Below the pieces are notes generated by a model. That model was not told the DNA's origin, did no database searches, and worked only from the letters and a program-made list of their open reading frames with translations. 64,000 bases of DNA from Bdellovibrio sp. (GTDB lineage Bacteria > Bdellovibrionota > Bdellovibrionia > Bdellovibrionales > Bdellovibrionaceae): positions 11,339 to 75,338 of the forward strand of contig JBBKWD010000072.1 of assembly GCA_037968775.1 (NCBI GenBank), written 5' to 3'. Each line of letters begins with the position of its first letter. The stretch's first letter is position 1. A program made the translations under genes and the position numbers. Positions 63,517-64,000 of this stretch are shown here, piece by piece.

Positions 63517-64000
63517 GTTTCAACGACTTCTTGGATCGTTCTCACAAGGGTCTCGCGAACCTTCAAAAAGTCCTCTTTGCTCAAAGAGACATTGGCTGTA
63601 AACATCAACTCTTCGTCACTCAGAATTTCGCTCTTTTTTATGGCTTCAATACGCCAGTTCCCGTGATGCTTAATAAGAAAGGGCGATCCCTTATCAACAT
63701 GTATGGTTTGATTGCCGGTTCGATAGTAATGAGAGTGCTGGCTGCAAAGTCCTGTGGAAACCAAAAATTGCAAGATCTCATGCACACGCACTCGTGGCAG
63801 ATCAAATTTCTTAGCGATGGACTCTACGGTGGCGCCTTTTCCGATGGAACAAAATAAGTGAATGGCAGAATAGTTTTTGCTGGAGTAAAAAATCGATCGT
63901 TCTAAGTCTGTTAGCTTGCGATCGGATTTGATTCGTTTCGAAATCTTCAGCGAATCCTTTTTCAACTCATCGATCTTTTCTTTGAAATAGCTTTTCAGTT
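63456..64000 (-). CDS. TIGR02147/DUF4423-like protein, 5' end beyond the window
   Basis: The reading frame stays open to position 64000. The internal HTH-like segment VESIAKKFDLPRVRVHEILQFLVSTGL and the C-terminal domain are typical of this paralogous family. Confidence 0.6.
   Translation of the reverse strand, partial: LKSYFKEKIDELKKDSLKISKRIKSDRKLTDLERSIFYSSKNYSAIHLFCSIGKGATVESIAKKFDLPRVRVHEILQFLVSTGLCSQHSHYYRTGNQTIHVDKGSPFLIKHHGNWRIEAIKKSEILSDEELMFTANVSLSKEDFLKVRETLVRTIQEVVETVKASPSEEVANLNIDLFLM

Noticed and set aside
1-64000. CRISPR arrays, rRNA/tRNA genes, transposases or integrases
   Set aside because: I found no regularly spaced short direct repeats, no cloverleaf-like or rRNA-like stretch in the intergenic regions I read, and no ORF with DDE, tyrosine-recombinase or serine-recombinase motifs. 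This was a by-eye scan, so small ncRNAs cannot be excluded.

Overview
This 64-kb segment is densely coding chromosomal DNA. Its gene content suggests a Bdellovibrio-type predatory bacterium: an FHA-GGDEF DgcB-like cyclase, a tail-fibre-like surface protein, a TIGR02147/DUF4423-like paralog and many signal-peptide proteins. That assignment is inference only. All family calls come from motifs read in the supplied translations; no similarity search was run.

The left flank (1-23 kb) holds:
- sfsA and an E2/E3 2-oxoacid dehydrogenase pair
- a block of exported proteins, including a signal-peptide J-domain protein, a C11 peptidase and a VWA lipoprotein
- a PIN-PhoH2 / MaoC / BLUF / DoxX operon, plus PilZ, TonB-like and OMP genes
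- an ECF sigma / anti-sigma operon

The centre (23.6-50.9 kb) is the unusual part. It starts with a tail-fibre-like protein carrying a C-terminal S74-type chaperone domain, followed by a translationally coupled secreted Cys-repeat protein and a GT-C-like membrane protein. A ~22.5-kb tightly packed island follows, containing:
- five radical-SAM enzymes and six family-2 glycosyltransferases
- a class I methyltransferase-like protein and a YdjC-type deacetylase
- an amidinotransferase with an intact catalytic triad, and two PLP-enzyme-like proteins
- an SDR epimerase/dehydratase and a nucleotide-sugar 6-dehydrogenase
- a GNAT and an Asp/Asn beta-hydroxylase-like cupin

Four of the five radical-SAM genes overlap a downstream GT2 gene. 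No Wzx/Wzy, ABC exporter or priming transferase is visible.

The right flank (51-64 kb) is mostly housekeeping (dgcB-like, pgi, rlmN, heptose kinase, AlkB-like). It ends in a small three-gene module bracketed by ~112-nt direct repeats.

I found no rRNA, tRNA, CRISPR array, transposase or integrase.
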